A stretch of 64,000 bases of DNA from Spirochaetia bacterium. GTDB lineage: Bacteria > Spirochaetota > Spirochaetia > UBA9216. Where the stretch lies: contig OY776510.1 of NCBI GenBank assembly GCA_963675665.1, forward strand, positions 1 to 64,000, read 5' to 3'. The position numbers and the translations under genes were made by a program. Positions 37,893 to 47,381 of the stretch are shown piece by piece; positions within the stretch are counted from its first letter, which is position 1; every line of letters starts with the position of its first letter. A model generated the notes under the pieces. That model worked only from the letters and a program-made list of their open reading frames with translations. It made no database searches and was not told where the DNA came from.

Positions 37893-39089
37893 ATGAAAAA
37901 AAATAATAACGGCATGTTTGCACTTTCATTATCGCTGGTTGTGGTAATGATCGGGTTTGGAGTAGTCATACCTGTTTTCCCGCTGTTTATTGATAAACTG
38001 GGAGCATCCGGCATACAGCTGGGATTTTTAACGGCAACCTATGCTGTAACCCAGTTCATTTTTGCACCGATATGGGGAACTGTATCGGACAGAACAGGCC
38101 GAAAACCCATAATGGTTATAGGTATGGCCGGGAATGCCGTAACAATGTTACTAATGGGGTTATCACATGAATTGTGGCAGGTATATATCATACGCGCACT
38201 ATCGGGAATTTTATCATCGGCAACAATGCCTTCTGTAATGGCATACGCCAGCGACAACACATCCGAGGATGAAAGGAATTTGAAAATAGGCAGGCTGATG
38301 GGGGCTATGGGTATCGGGGTAATTATCGGCCCGGGTATCGGCGGATGGCTTTCCGAACTGTTTTTTTCACTGCCGTTTTATATTTCCGCCGTACTGTCAC
38401 TGGTTTCAGTAATTTTGATCATAATAACGGTTTCAGAATCGGAAAAACCTGTTATGCCTGAAAAAAACAGGATTAACGAACAGAAAAGCGGAAAATTTCC
38501 CGATATAAAATCTTTATCCGGATCGGTTAACGGCATTATCGGAATTTTATTATTTTTGATTTTCCTGATGAGTTTTGCCCTTACCAGCTTTCAGGGAATA
38601 TTCGGATTATATACTTTGAAGAAATTCGGGTACGGGCCCAGGGAAATGGGTACAATACTTGTAATAATGGGGGTCATTTCAACCTCGGCACAGTATATTC
38701 TAACCGGCCCGGTAACCAAAAAAATCGGGGAAAGAAGAATTATCATTTATTCCCTGCTTCTTGCTTCGATAATGTATCCGGTCTTTACAATAGTTTCCGG
38801 GATGACGGGAATCCTCGTTGTTATCGCGTTATTTATTTTCGCATTGGCGCTGCTGCGGCCTTCCATAACAACGATGATTTCGAAATATTCTGCCGGGACT
38901 TCAGGCAGGGCTATGGGATTAAGCAATTCGGCAATGAGCCTCGGAAGAATTGCAGGTCCAATCCTCGCAGGGGCTTTATTCGACTATAACATCAACCTGC
39001 CTTTTTACAGCGGAGCTGTGATTATGCTGGGAGGATTTATTTTTTCATTCTTTTTCCTGAAGGACCGTGCTTACAAGGGCATTCCATAG
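37893..39089 (+). CDS. MFS efflux transporter (DHA1/TetA-Bmr like)
   Basis: about 12 TM; GTVSDRTGRKP, GPGIGG, GRIAGP. Confidence 0.9.
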   Translation: MKKNNNGMFALSLSLVVVMIGFGVVIPVFPLFIDKLGASGIQLGFLTATYAVTQFIFAPIWGTVSDRTGRKPIMVIGMAGNAVTMLLMGLSHELWQVYIIRALSGILSSATMPSVMAYASDNTSEDERNLKIGRLMGAMGIGVIIGPGIGGWLSELFFSLPFYISAVLSLVSVILIIITVSESEKPVMPEKNRINEQKSGKFPDIKSLSGSVNGIIGILLFLIFLMSFALTSFQGIFGLYTLKKFGYGPREMGTILVIMGVISTSAQYILTGPVTKKIGERRIIIYSLLLASIMYPVFTIVSGMTGILVVIALFIFALALLRPSITTMISKYSAGTSGRAMGLSNSAMSLGRIAGPILAGALFDYNINLPFYSGAVIMLGGFIFSFFFLKDRAYKGIP

Positions 39090-40118
39090 TTTTATTGCAT
39101 AATAGATCGGGGCATGACAGTCAAGTTTCATCTTGATAATCTTATCGAGGTTTCCGAAATAATCATTCCATTCGCCTGCAGCCGAGTTTATATGTGTTCC
39201 CCATTCAGAAACAAGATTCTTTGCAGATGAGGGGCTTTTTAATTGTTTCAGGCTGGAGAATGATAACCTGGCGGTGTCTTTTAACTGGTTCTTTATGGTT
39301 GTTTCAGCTTCATTTTTCTGTTTTTTCAGATCAAATTTTTCTCTTCTGAATTCAATTTCTCCGTTATCCCTGATAAATACCGGCATACCGATATGCCGGA
39401 ATGAGTTCTTTCCGTTTCCGGTTTCAGGAGGGATCCTGACTATGGGATCTCCCATGTTTTCAATCCGAAAGACAGATCGGCCTGCAAACAAATCCGCAAA
39501 GCTGCCGTTTCCTATCCTCGGAGAACCGAAAAGATACAGGCCTGTCGCGCCCTTGAGGCGCTCAAATGCTATAGCGGCAAGCGCTGCTCCGAGGCTGTGT
39601 CCGGTTATCCATAATGGCCGCTTCGGAACCTCATTACAAAGCCTGTTTATAAAATACTCAAGCCCAGCTTCTCCCGGCCATATCTCTCCGATTGCCGCGA
39701 GGAACCCCTTATGAATACGCCCTCCTCCCGGGTAATCAACCATGGAAGCATTTAGGTCCGTAAGAATTTCGCTTACAGCAGAAACACTTTTAAGTTCAGT
39801 CCCCCTGAAACTTAAAATTATATTGCTCTCATTCCAGGATACAAAACATTCGGTTGTCTTACCGCCGAAAAACCTGAAGCCTGAATAACCGGCAAGCTTG
39901 TAAGCCATCCGTGAATATCCGGGATGATTATAGGCGAGAAATGAAGCCTCAGCCAGATACCAGGCATTCACAGGAGAATAATCATGCTTATCCGGTTCAA
40001 ACGGAAAGGCTTCCATATTTTCAAAGTATATATAATTCATGTCCGGAGGCAGTACCGGATATTGTTCCGGATCAGGCAACGTTTTTGGTTCGGGTTTATT
40101 TTTAGTCATGTTTTTCAC
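39045..40118 (-). CDS. class 3 lipase
   Basis: SFRGT, IHKGF, ITGHSLG, FGSPRIG, DPIVRIP. Confidence 0.88.
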   Translation of the reverse strand: MKNMTKNKPEPKTLPDPEQYPVLPPDMNYIYFENMEAFPFEPDKHDYSPVNAWYLAEASFLAYNHPGYSRMAYKLAGYSGFRFFGGKTTECFVSWNESNIILSFRGTELKSVSAVSEILTDLNASMVDYPGGGRIHKGFLAAIGEIWPGEAGLEYFINRLCNEVPKRPLWITGHSLGAALAAIAFERLKGATGLYLFGSPRIGNGSFADLFAGRSVFRIENMGDPIVRIPPETGNGKNSFRHIGMPVFIRDNGEIEFRREKFDLKKQKNEAETTIKNQLKDTARLSFSSLKQLKSPSSAKNLVSEWGTHINSAAGEWNDYFGNLDKIIKMKLDCHAPIYYAIKLWNALVSTVLQEKE

Positions 40119-40199
40119 CTTTTAATCATTTCAATTTACCGATAATTAAATTAGTTAAAAAAATAATCGACATCTTATAACTTATTATATTATAAATAT

Positions 40200-40679
40200 A
40201 TGATGGACGCAGGAGTTATTAATCCTTTTCTTAACTCAACAATTAATTTATTTGAACGAATGTACGGTATTGAACCGTCAAACGGAGCTCCATTTATCGT
40301 CGAAGCAAATAAAAATCACAGGTGGGAAATTTCCGGCATAATAGGAATTGTCGGAGAAAGCAGGGGCATAGTAGTGCTGCGCATTACTACCATTCTTGCA
40401 GTAAAACTTTTAGAGAAATCCGGGCTCACCATTCAGAACCAAAATGAACGTCCCAAATTAATAAACGAGATGATTGGTGAATTTGTCAATATTATTTCAG
40501 GGAATGCTCTTCCTGAACTTGGTAATAAAAACATTGAGTTGACGCCTCCGTTTACAGTACAGGGCAAAAACCATTCAATTTCCTGGCCTAGTAAAACCCC
40601 GATAATCGGAGTTCCTTTCAGTACCAGTTCAGGACCCTTTGAAGTTCAGATAAGCATTTCAGGTTCCGGGAGTATATAA
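40200..40679 (+). CDS. cheX: chemotaxis phosphatase CheX
   Basis: INPFL, ISGIIGIVG, GEFVNIISGN, TPP. Confidence 0.85.
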   Translation: MMDAGVINPFLNSTINLFERMYGIEPSNGAPFIVEANKNHRWEISGIIGIVGESRGIVVLRITTILAVKLLEKSGLTIQNQNERPKLINEMIGEFVNIISGNALPELGNKNIELTPPFTVQGKNHSISWPSKTPIIGVPFSTSSGPFEVQISISGSGSI

Positions 40680-41161
40680 TGAATTCTTCTTTTTACAGTG
40701 TTATAACAGAAAAAACTACAGTTTTTTTTAATACTGTTTTCGGCCAGGAAATCAAAGCTTATGAATCGTTCCAACTACAGGACCCGGGCAGCGATAACTG
40801 GGAAATTTCCGGTATTATTGGAGCAACCGGCTCCTGCCGTGGAATAATCGCAGTCCGCCTGAATTATTCGCTTGCTGAAATGTTATTAAAAAAATCCAGA
40901 CTGAATATGTCGGAAGTCACCCAACAGTGGCGGATGACAAACGATATGATTGGAGAAATAGCCAATGTTATTGCCGGCAATGTCCTTTCCGAATTAATTA
41001 TTGATAAATTCAGACTATCCATTCCTGTCACAATACAGGGAGAGGGGCACACCATATCCTGGCCCGATGATGCAGAAATTACAGTATTCCCTTTTATCGC
41101 CGAAGAACACAGGTTTGAAATCCAGACCGCGCTTATCTGCGACAGCATGTGCAGCAACTGA
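40679..41161 (+). CDS. cheX: chemotaxis phosphatase CheX paralog
   Basis: ISGIIGATG, GEIANVIAGN, SIP. Confidence 0.8.
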   Translation: MNSSFYSVITEKTTVFFNTVFGQEIKAYESFQLQDPGSDNWEISGIIGATGSCRGIIAVRLNYSLAEMLLKKSRLNMSEVTQQWRMTNDMIGEIANVIAGNVLSELIIDKFRLSIPVTIQGEGHTISWPDDAEITVFPFIAEEHRFEIQTALICDSMCSN

Positions 41162-41173
41162 TTACTAAAACTT

Positions 41174-41490
41174 TTACTTCAATTGGACAGCTGCTTCCGC
41201 AATCAGTTTTTTGATGTCCTCCGAAGTCACTTCGTATTTTGATGTTTCTTTCATTCCAGGTTTTTCATCGACTGCCAGAATATCTGCAATATGCATATCT
41301 ATTACCGCTGCCGGTTTAATACCGGTACATTTCGTGAGTTCCGCTTCAAGTTTGGGGTTGGGGCCGATGGCTCCGCCGCTTATCGATACAAATGAATAAC
41401 CGGATATCATTTGCTTTATTTCCTTGATACCAGCCTTCAGCGGAGCGGCAATACGTCCCATCCAGACCGGATCGACAAAAATAATATTGA
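41174..41490 (-). pseudogene. N-terminally truncated flavodoxin-like fragment
   Basis: upstream in-frame NIIFVDPVWMGRIAAPL resembles the flavodoxin PVW motif; no proper N-terminus. Confidence 0.4.
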
Positions 41491-41517
41491 AAAAAGTTAA
41501 ACCTTTTCACTCAATTT

Positions 41518-41829
41518 TTATTTCAACACTTTACGGATTATCTTTGCATACCCCCGGGGGTCTTTTGAGATTCGTTCATTATCGATTTTTCTTACCCCGG
41601 AAATAACAATACCGTCTTCTACAAAAACGAAGAAAAGGCGAATACCTTCATTGAGTACTTTGCTTTTATCCAGCCTGTTCCTGGAAGCTATCTGTTCAAG
41701 AAGGTCGTCATGACCGACGGAATCATAAATGGAATATTCAGCAGTGTCTCCGAAAATCACCAGGAAACCGCCTGCGCTGCCCCTGGTCTTACCGACATCG
41801 ATCTTGCCTTCAGAAAACCAATATTTCAT
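41518..41829 (-). CDS. hypothetical protein
   Basis: ORF MKYWFSEGK... starting just after the matrixin stop. Confidence 0.55.
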   Translation of the reverse strand: MKYWFSEGKIDVGKTRGSAGGFLVIFGDTAEYSIYDSVGHDDLLEQIASRNRLDKSKVLNEGIRLFFVFVEDGIVISGVRKIDNERISKDPRGYAKIIRKVLK

Positions 41830-41833
41830 TGCG

Positions 41834-42412
41834 CTAATCCCCGTAAAGGTCCCTGTACAGACCGAGGGTTTCATTGTCAATAAAACCTTTGAACCAGGAT
41901 TCTTCCGGTACAGATTCAGGCTTCATGACGGAGGTTACGGACTCACTGTGCCCAAGGCCTATCATATGGCCTATCTCATGAGCCATAACGCCCTCTATAT
42001 AGTACGAGTCCGCCCTCCCGCTTTCAAGGCACGTAAACCGTGCAAGTTCCTGGTTCAGGATTATATCACATTCGACAATATCACCCTTCCGGTTATACCA
42101 GCACCTGCACCAGGCCGTTTGGCCGAACGGAACGTCATCGGGCCAGCTTGTCGGAAAACTGACGGTATTTTTACCGTCCTTTTTCAAACCTGCGTCGTTG
42201 CGGCCCGCATAAATAAATGTGAAATGCGTCGCATTCTGCCAGCTGTCGAAGGCGTATTCTATGGCCCTTACCGACTGCCCGTTTGCGTTTCGATTAATAT
42301 AGTACCTGATTTCTTCCTGCCGCCAGCGGCTGTTTTCAGTTTTATTGCCCGCGCAGCCGTAAAGTAACAAAACTGCCGCTGTAACAAGCGGCAGTATCTT
42401 GAGGGTTTTCAG
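41834..42412 (-). CDS. matrixin-family (M10) metalloprotease, probable lipoprotein
   Basis: HEIGHMIGLGH plus SVM Met-turn; lipobox LYGC; the signal peptide needs a start near CTG 42412. Confidence 0.8.
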   Translation of the reverse strand: MKTLKILPLVTAAVLLLYGCAGNKTENSRWRQEEIRYYINRNANGQSVRAIEYAFDSWQNATHFTFIYAGRNDAGLKKDGKNTVSFPTSWPDDVPFGQTAWCRCWYNRKGDIVECDIILNQELARFTCLESGRADSYYIEGVMAHEIGHMIGLGHSESVTSVMKPESVPEESWFKGFIDNETLGLYRDLYGD

Positions 42413-42424
42413 TTTTTTACCTTA

Positions 42425-42955
42425 TTATTTTATCCAGAACAGGCTGGTAACTGTATATGGGCTGCCTGTTGTTGACGAATCGTCAGTCCAGGCATATATT
42501 GAAGAGGAACCGGATGTCGGAAGAACCAGATCAATAACCATATTATCATACTCCAGCAGGTAGGTTTCATATTGATCGACATTATTCGCTCCGATATAAA
42601 CATAAGTTGCGCCTGCCCCGGAAGTGCTGCCAATCTCGATCTTAAACGATCCGAAATTTGCACCGGTCGGCACGGTCCACGGCCCGACCCTGTTGTCCCA
42701 GCCAATATCCGTTATTTCCTTAGGCGGACCGTCGGCTGCAATCGGCGCTATCGTATAACTGTCCGGCGTAGCCTGTGCTACCGCCTGCGTAACGGCGCTG
42801 GCTATCAAGCCGTCGACTTCCGTTTTTGTGTAATACTGAGCTGCGTCAAAATCCGCTCCCTAACCCCCGTCATCTCCGTCGGTATCGCATGATGTCAAAC
42901 AAAAAAGAAGAATTGCAGTCAGAGAAAGGATAATGACCATTGTTTTTCTCGTCAT
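42425..42955 (-). pseudogene. lipoprotein gene interrupted by an in-frame TAG
   Basis: GGAGG RBS, MTRKTMVIILSLTAILLFCLTSC lipobox, TAG at 42860-42862, then in frame GADFDAAQYYTKTEVDG into ORF 42425-42808. Confidence 0.75.
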
Positions 42956-43056
42956 ATCTTCCTCCGATATAAATATTTTAATACCTAAATTATATACCCT
43001 TTATTTAAATTTAAACGATTATTTTTCATAAGATATTCGTGAAAGGAATTGAAAGA

Positions 43057-44727
43057 TTAAAGCGGCAGGTTTTTTCCCGCTGCAAGAAGAGCCTCAAAGT
43101 TTTCAGCCGGAAGCGGTTTTGAAAAATAATACCCCTGCATACGCTCACAGTCTAGCGCTATGGCTATGTTCGCCTGTTCTTCGCAGCTGATACCTTCGGT
43201 TATAATTTTCTTGCCGCGGGTTTTTACAAGTGAAACCATCGCCGACAGAAAGTCATGATCCGATTTGCTTGTATGAATGTTATCAATAAATATTTTGTCG
43301 ATCTTTAAAACGTCGGCAGGAATATTCTTGAGATATTCAAGAGAGGACTGCCCGGTACCGAAATCGTCTATATAAATCTCAATTCCCAGGGCTTTCAGCA
43401 TTTCGATCCGTTCTATGAACTTTTCCGGGTTCTTGATTCCTTCGGATTCCGTAATTTCAAGCTTCAGATGACGCGCATCAAGATCATCGGCTGCGGCAAG
43501 CGCGTTTTTTACTATCTCTACAAGTTCGTGATTGCCGAACTCCCGGGCACAAAGGTTGAGAGACACATATACATTATACTTCCTGACCCACGCAGAAAGC
43601 TGCCTTGCCGCCGAGAAAATAACCCATTTACCGATTTCTTCTATAAGACCGGTATCTTCAGCTACCGGTATAAAATCAATCGGAGAAACCAGCCCCCGAT
43701 TCTTATGGTTCCATCGTATCAGGGCTTCTGCTCCCAGAATATTACCGGAGCGGTTTACAATAGGCTGATAATAAAGTTCAAATTCATGGTTATGAAATGC
43801 AGCAGTCAGCTCAGCTTCCATGTTAAGTCTTTTAACGGATTGATTATAAAGTTTTTCATCATAATACATGTATGCCTTACCGGTTCCGACTGATGCTTCT
43901 GCTGCGGCTACAGCCTTTTTCATTAATACCTTTTTATCTTCGCTGTCGTCGGGGAATACTGATATCCCGATAACCGATTTAAGTTTTATTGAATATTTCT
44001 GATGCTGATATGGACTTGTTATACCAGACGATATTTTGTCCGCAACACGCGCCGCGTCTATTCTGGCGGATATTCCCGACAGAAAAACAACAAGTTCGCT
44101 TCCCTGATAAGAAAAAGTAAAATCGCTTTCTCTGAGACATTCCCTGATTCTAAGCCCGGTATTCTCAAGAAGAATATTTCCGATTTCGTGACCGAATTTT
44201 CTGCTTACATCTTTATGGTTTATTATATCGACAAAAAGGACAGCTCTCAGCTTTTCTCCTTTGGAACGCTTTGCTTTTTCCAGTTCCATGTCAAGGATGA
44301 TATCAAGAGAGTTCCTGTTAAACAATCCTGTAAGCGGATCGCGGTATTCATAGTTTATCAGTTTGGATTCGATCTTTCCCATCTTGGTAATATCATGAGT
44401 AAAAACAAGCGCATGTGAAACATCTTTTCCATTTTCCCTGTACGGGTAATACGACACATGCATATACCTGACTTCAATGCCGAATTTAAAGGATTCGACA
44501 TAATGGACCTCTTCTCCCAGGAAACATCGATCCAGGTAAGCCTTCAGCGTATTTTTAAAAATTTCATCTCCCCAAAGCTCTGAAACCGAATGGTTAAGAA
44601 TTTCATCTTTCGTTTTCTGTATAATCTTTTCGTATGCCGGATTTACAACTTCATAAACATAATTTCTGTTTATTAAAGTAATAAAATCCCGTGATGTGTC
44701 TACAATATATTTATATTTTTCGATCAT
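43057..44727 (-). CDS. PAS-GGDEF(degenerate)-EAL protein, probable c-di-GMP phosphodiesterase
   Basis: DPLTGLFNR but QGSEL in place of GGDEF; AEALIRW, LEITE, DDFGTG, LKIDK, QGYYFSKP. Confidence 0.9.
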   Translation of the reverse strand: MIEKYKYIVDTSRDFITLINRNYVYEVVNPAYEKIIQKTKDEILNHSVSELWGDEIFKNTLKAYLDRCFLGEEVHYVESFKFGIEVRYMHVSYYPYRENGKDVSHALVFTHDITKMGKIESKLINYEYRDPLTGLFNRNSLDIILDMELEKAKRSKGEKLRAVLFVDIINHKDVSRKFGHEIGNILLENTGLRIRECLRESDFTFSYQGSELVVFLSGISARIDAARVADKISSGITSPYQHQKYSIKLKSVIGISVFPDDSEDKKVLMKKAVAAAEASVGTGKAYMYYDEKLYNQSVKRLNMEAELTAAFHNHEFELYYQPIVNRSGNILGAEALIRWNHKNRGLVSPIDFIPVAEDTGLIEEIGKWVIFSAARQLSAWVRKYNVYVSLNLCAREFGNHELVEIVKNALAAADDLDARHLKLEITESEGIKNPEKFIERIEMLKALGIEIYIDDFGTGQSSLEYLKNIPADVLKIDKIFIDNIHTSKSDHDFLSAMVSLVKTRGKKIITEGISCEEQANIAIALDCERMQGYYFSKPLPAENFEALLAAGKNLPL

Positions 44728-44866
44728 CTATAATTGATTATCCTGCTGTGGAAATTAAAATGCAAGTATAATTTTTAACGAAATTCCCAATTCTCCAAAA
44801 GTATTGGAGATTATCAGAAAATATCTGTATAATAGGCCAATACTTAATATTAAAGGATATTATTTG

Positions 44867-45445
44867 ATGAAAAAGCTTACTTTAATTCTGATTCTCCTTA
44901 TTGCCTTTACGGCATTTCTTTCGGCAGATAACGTTAAATGGGACAGCAACTACAAGGAAGGCAATATAGCCCTCAGCCTGGACGCAGGGTTTGAAACGCG
45001 AAACGCAGTGGAAATATCCATATACCCCGCCGCCGAAATGATTCTGTTGAAACCGGACCTGGACGGAGTATCATTTCTGGATCTGGGCGCCAAATTAATG
45101 GGGCGGGTCGGAATAGGTTTTCCGGCTTTTGATATCGGCGTGGGTGCAGCCGGCACTGCACATATTGGATTCAAGGATCTTGGAGGAAAGGAGCTTCGAG
45201 AATTTCTTGATCCATTGGACTTTGTTGTTGAAGTAGGGGCGTGTTTTGATTTTATGCCTAATTACTCTTTTCCGCTCGGCCTGATACTTAATTCAGGTCT
45301 GAATTACTGGATTGAAGATAATTTTGCAGTAGGACTTAAATATACCCACTGGCACGGTTACAACGGCGGTATTATATCGGCCCGCATGAAATTCAAAAAT
45401 CAGAAAAAAGCTGAAAAAGCAATCGATAAAGAGCTTAATGATTAA
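44867..45445 (+). CDS. exported, possibly beta-barrel, hypothetical protein
   Basis: signal peptide MKKLTLILILLIAFTAFLSA; amphipathic beta pattern. Confidence 0.65.
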   Translation: MKKLTLILILLIAFTAFLSADNVKWDSNYKEGNIALSLDAGFETRNAVEISIYPAAEMILLKPDLDGVSFLDLGAKLMGRVGIGFPAFDIGVGAAGTAHIGFKDLGGKELREFLDPLDFVVEVGACFDFMPNYSFPLGLILNSGLNYWIEDNFAVGLKYTHWHGYNGGIISARMKFKNQKKAEKAIDKELND

Positions 45446-45456
45446 TACATAAATAT

Positions 45457-46731
45457 CATAGCTGTCCAAAACAATCATAACAGCTCCATTTGAAGTTTTA
45501 AGCCTGGCTCATTTCTGCCGGGCGGCGGTAGTTTATTCAGAATATTCCAGAGATCTTTTCTGGTCGTCAGGATTGATGGAAGCAATTTCATAAGCGAATA
45601 ATGAGTCCATCCACCGGAAGATAACATCTTCAGATATTGCAGCATCAGATGAGTTATCAATGCTATCCAGATCTGAGTCATTACTGCATTTTTCGTCGTT
45701 CCAAAAAACTTCTTTATTTTCAGGTTCTGTTTGATTGTTTTGAAGAATATTTCTATCTGCCATCTGTCCTTATAGACAGCAGCAACTGTTGTAGGTGCCC
45801 AATCAAGCTGATTTGTAAGAATTACAATATATTTTCCTGTTTCCGGATCTTTTATTCTAATTCGCCGTAATTGGAGTGGACACTTCTTGCTGGTGTAGTA
45901 TCCTCGCATTTCAATTATTTGATCTGATGAAATATTTTCATATTTTGAAACATTATTTCTTTGAACAACTTTATAATCTGCATTCTTTTTCATACGAGTA
46001 ATAAAATAAATGCCTGCAATACAATAACTTGCAAATAATTTGAAATCTGTATAGGCCCGATCGAATGCAACTACATCACCTTTATTGAATTTCATTTTCT
46101 TGAGTGAATTAAGCTCATGGGTTTGAGCTGTTGTAACAGATACAAAGTCCGGAATATATCCGCTGTGATCAAGTTTTACATTAAGTTTGATTCCGCCTTT
46201 ATTCTTTCTAAACTTCGCCCATGGAAATACTGACAGGCATAAATCGATGGTTGTCGCATCAACACTGTACAGCGGATTTTTAAATCTATGCTTATGAGAC
46301 CTTTTCATTTTAAGGATCTTTGTCAGCAGGTTATTGAATACATTTTCATAAATTTCTGAGGGTCTGTTGTTATTTGCATAGGAAAGTGTTGAGCGTTTAA
46401 TCTTTTTTACCCCCAAATGATAAAGCATGTTTTTAATCGAATCCAATGCTGTTTCTATGCCTCTAAGTCCGGTCTGTCCTGTAAATTGGGCAAACAGCAT
46501 TGAAACAAATTGTTCCCAACAGGAGAATCCTTTTGAAGCAAAATCTCCTTTATACTTTCTGACAGATCTTTCAAATTCATGTCTCGGAATGATTTGAAGT
46601 ATCTGATTTAAAATGCTATTCTTATAACTCATTGCCTGTTTTCCTTCCGTTGTAATGATTTAAGCTTGCCCGCTCAATTCATTATAACCAGGGATTCAGG
46701 CTATTAATAGTCCTTATTTTGGACAGCTATG
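45457..46731 (-). mobile_element. complete IS4-family insertion sequence (1275 bp)
   Basis: 15-bp perfect terminal IRs CATAGCTGTCCAAAA / TTTTGGACAGCTATG; 9-bp target duplication CATAAATAT at 45448 and 46732. Confidence 0.95.
45475..46632 (-). CDS. IS4-family DDE transposase
   Basis: QFVSMLFAQ, RSTLSYAN, VDATTI, FDRAY, YKDRWQIEIFFKTIKQ. Confidence 0.95.
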   Translation of the reverse strand: MSYKNSILNQILQIIPRHEFERSVRKYKGDFASKGFSCWEQFVSMLFAQFTGQTGLRGIETALDSIKNMLYHLGVKKIKRSTLSYANNNRPSEIYENVFNNLLTKILKMKRSHKHRFKNPLYSVDATTIDLCLSVFPWAKFRKNKGGIKLNVKLDHSGYIPDFVSVTTAQTHELNSLKKMKFNKGDVVAFDRAYTDFKLFASYCIAGIYFITRMKKNADYKVVQRNNVSKYENISSDQIIEMRGYYTSKKCPLQLRRIRIKDPETGKYIVILTNQLDWAPTTVAAVYKDRWQIEIFFKTIKQNLKIKKFFGTTKNAVMTQIWIALITHLMLQYLKMLSSGGWTHYSLMKLLPSILTTRKDLWNILNKLPPPGRNEPGLKLQMELL

Positions 46732-46756
46732 CATAAATATATTTAATTTATGGATG

Positions 46757-46788
46757 ACGGATATCCTTCTTACAGGATATCCGTTTTT
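46757..46788 (+). terminator. intrinsic terminator, separated from its gene by the IS
   Basis: ACGGATATCCT-loop-AGGATATCCGT followed by TTTT. Confidence 0.65.
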
Positions 46789-46915
46789 ATTTCAATATTA
46801 CACTCATTCACTAATTCTTTAAGATTTATCAACAGATACATATAAATCTTATAGCTTGTTGTCTGAATCGTCCGGCTGTTCAATAATAAACCAGTAACGC
46901 TGAGAGGTTTATAAA

Positions 46916-47236
46916 ATGTCGGTTAATGATTCCATGGCGGCCAATCTGAAACGATACCGCGAAATGCAGAAGCTTACTCAGGAACAGCTTGCTGAATTGG
47001 CAGGCTGTTCAAAAAACCATCTCAGCGCACTTGAGCGGGGCAAGAAATTCCCCGGAGCGGCGCTGATTGAAAAATTCAGCAGAATCCTGAATGTAAAACC
47101 CTACCAGCTGCTGCTGGATGAATCGGATATAAAAAAGCACCTGAAAAGAGACACTATAATCGAATATGTAATGGAGTCTATTAATACCGATTATTTAAAA
47201 AAGCTGACGGAAACTGACAAAGAAGACAAAAAATAA
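46916..47236 (+). CDS. XRE-family HTH regulator
   Basis: NLKRYR..LTQEQLAE..SKNHLSALERG. Confidence 0.88.
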   Translation: MSVNDSMAANLKRYREMQKLTQEQLAELAGCSKNHLSALERGKKFPGAALIEKFSRILNVKPYQLLLDESDIKKHLKRDTIIEYVMESINTDYLKKLTETDKEDKK

Positions 47237-47381
47237 AATTCAGAGTCTCAAACAGTTATAGAAGATGTAAAAAACAAACCTTTATCCGTTGTTAACATAA
47301 AGATTGTATTTATTTCTAAATGGCGTTTAATAAAATACAAGTTAAGATATACCGATAATCAATTACAGGAGCTGATACAAA

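Noticed and set aside
10559-42862. stop-codon recoding (amber read-through) to explain in-frame TAGs in two genes
   Set aside because: the HNH gene also has an in-frame TAA, TAG terminates several normal genes here (e.g. GxxExxY copies 2 and 3), and no pyl machinery is visible
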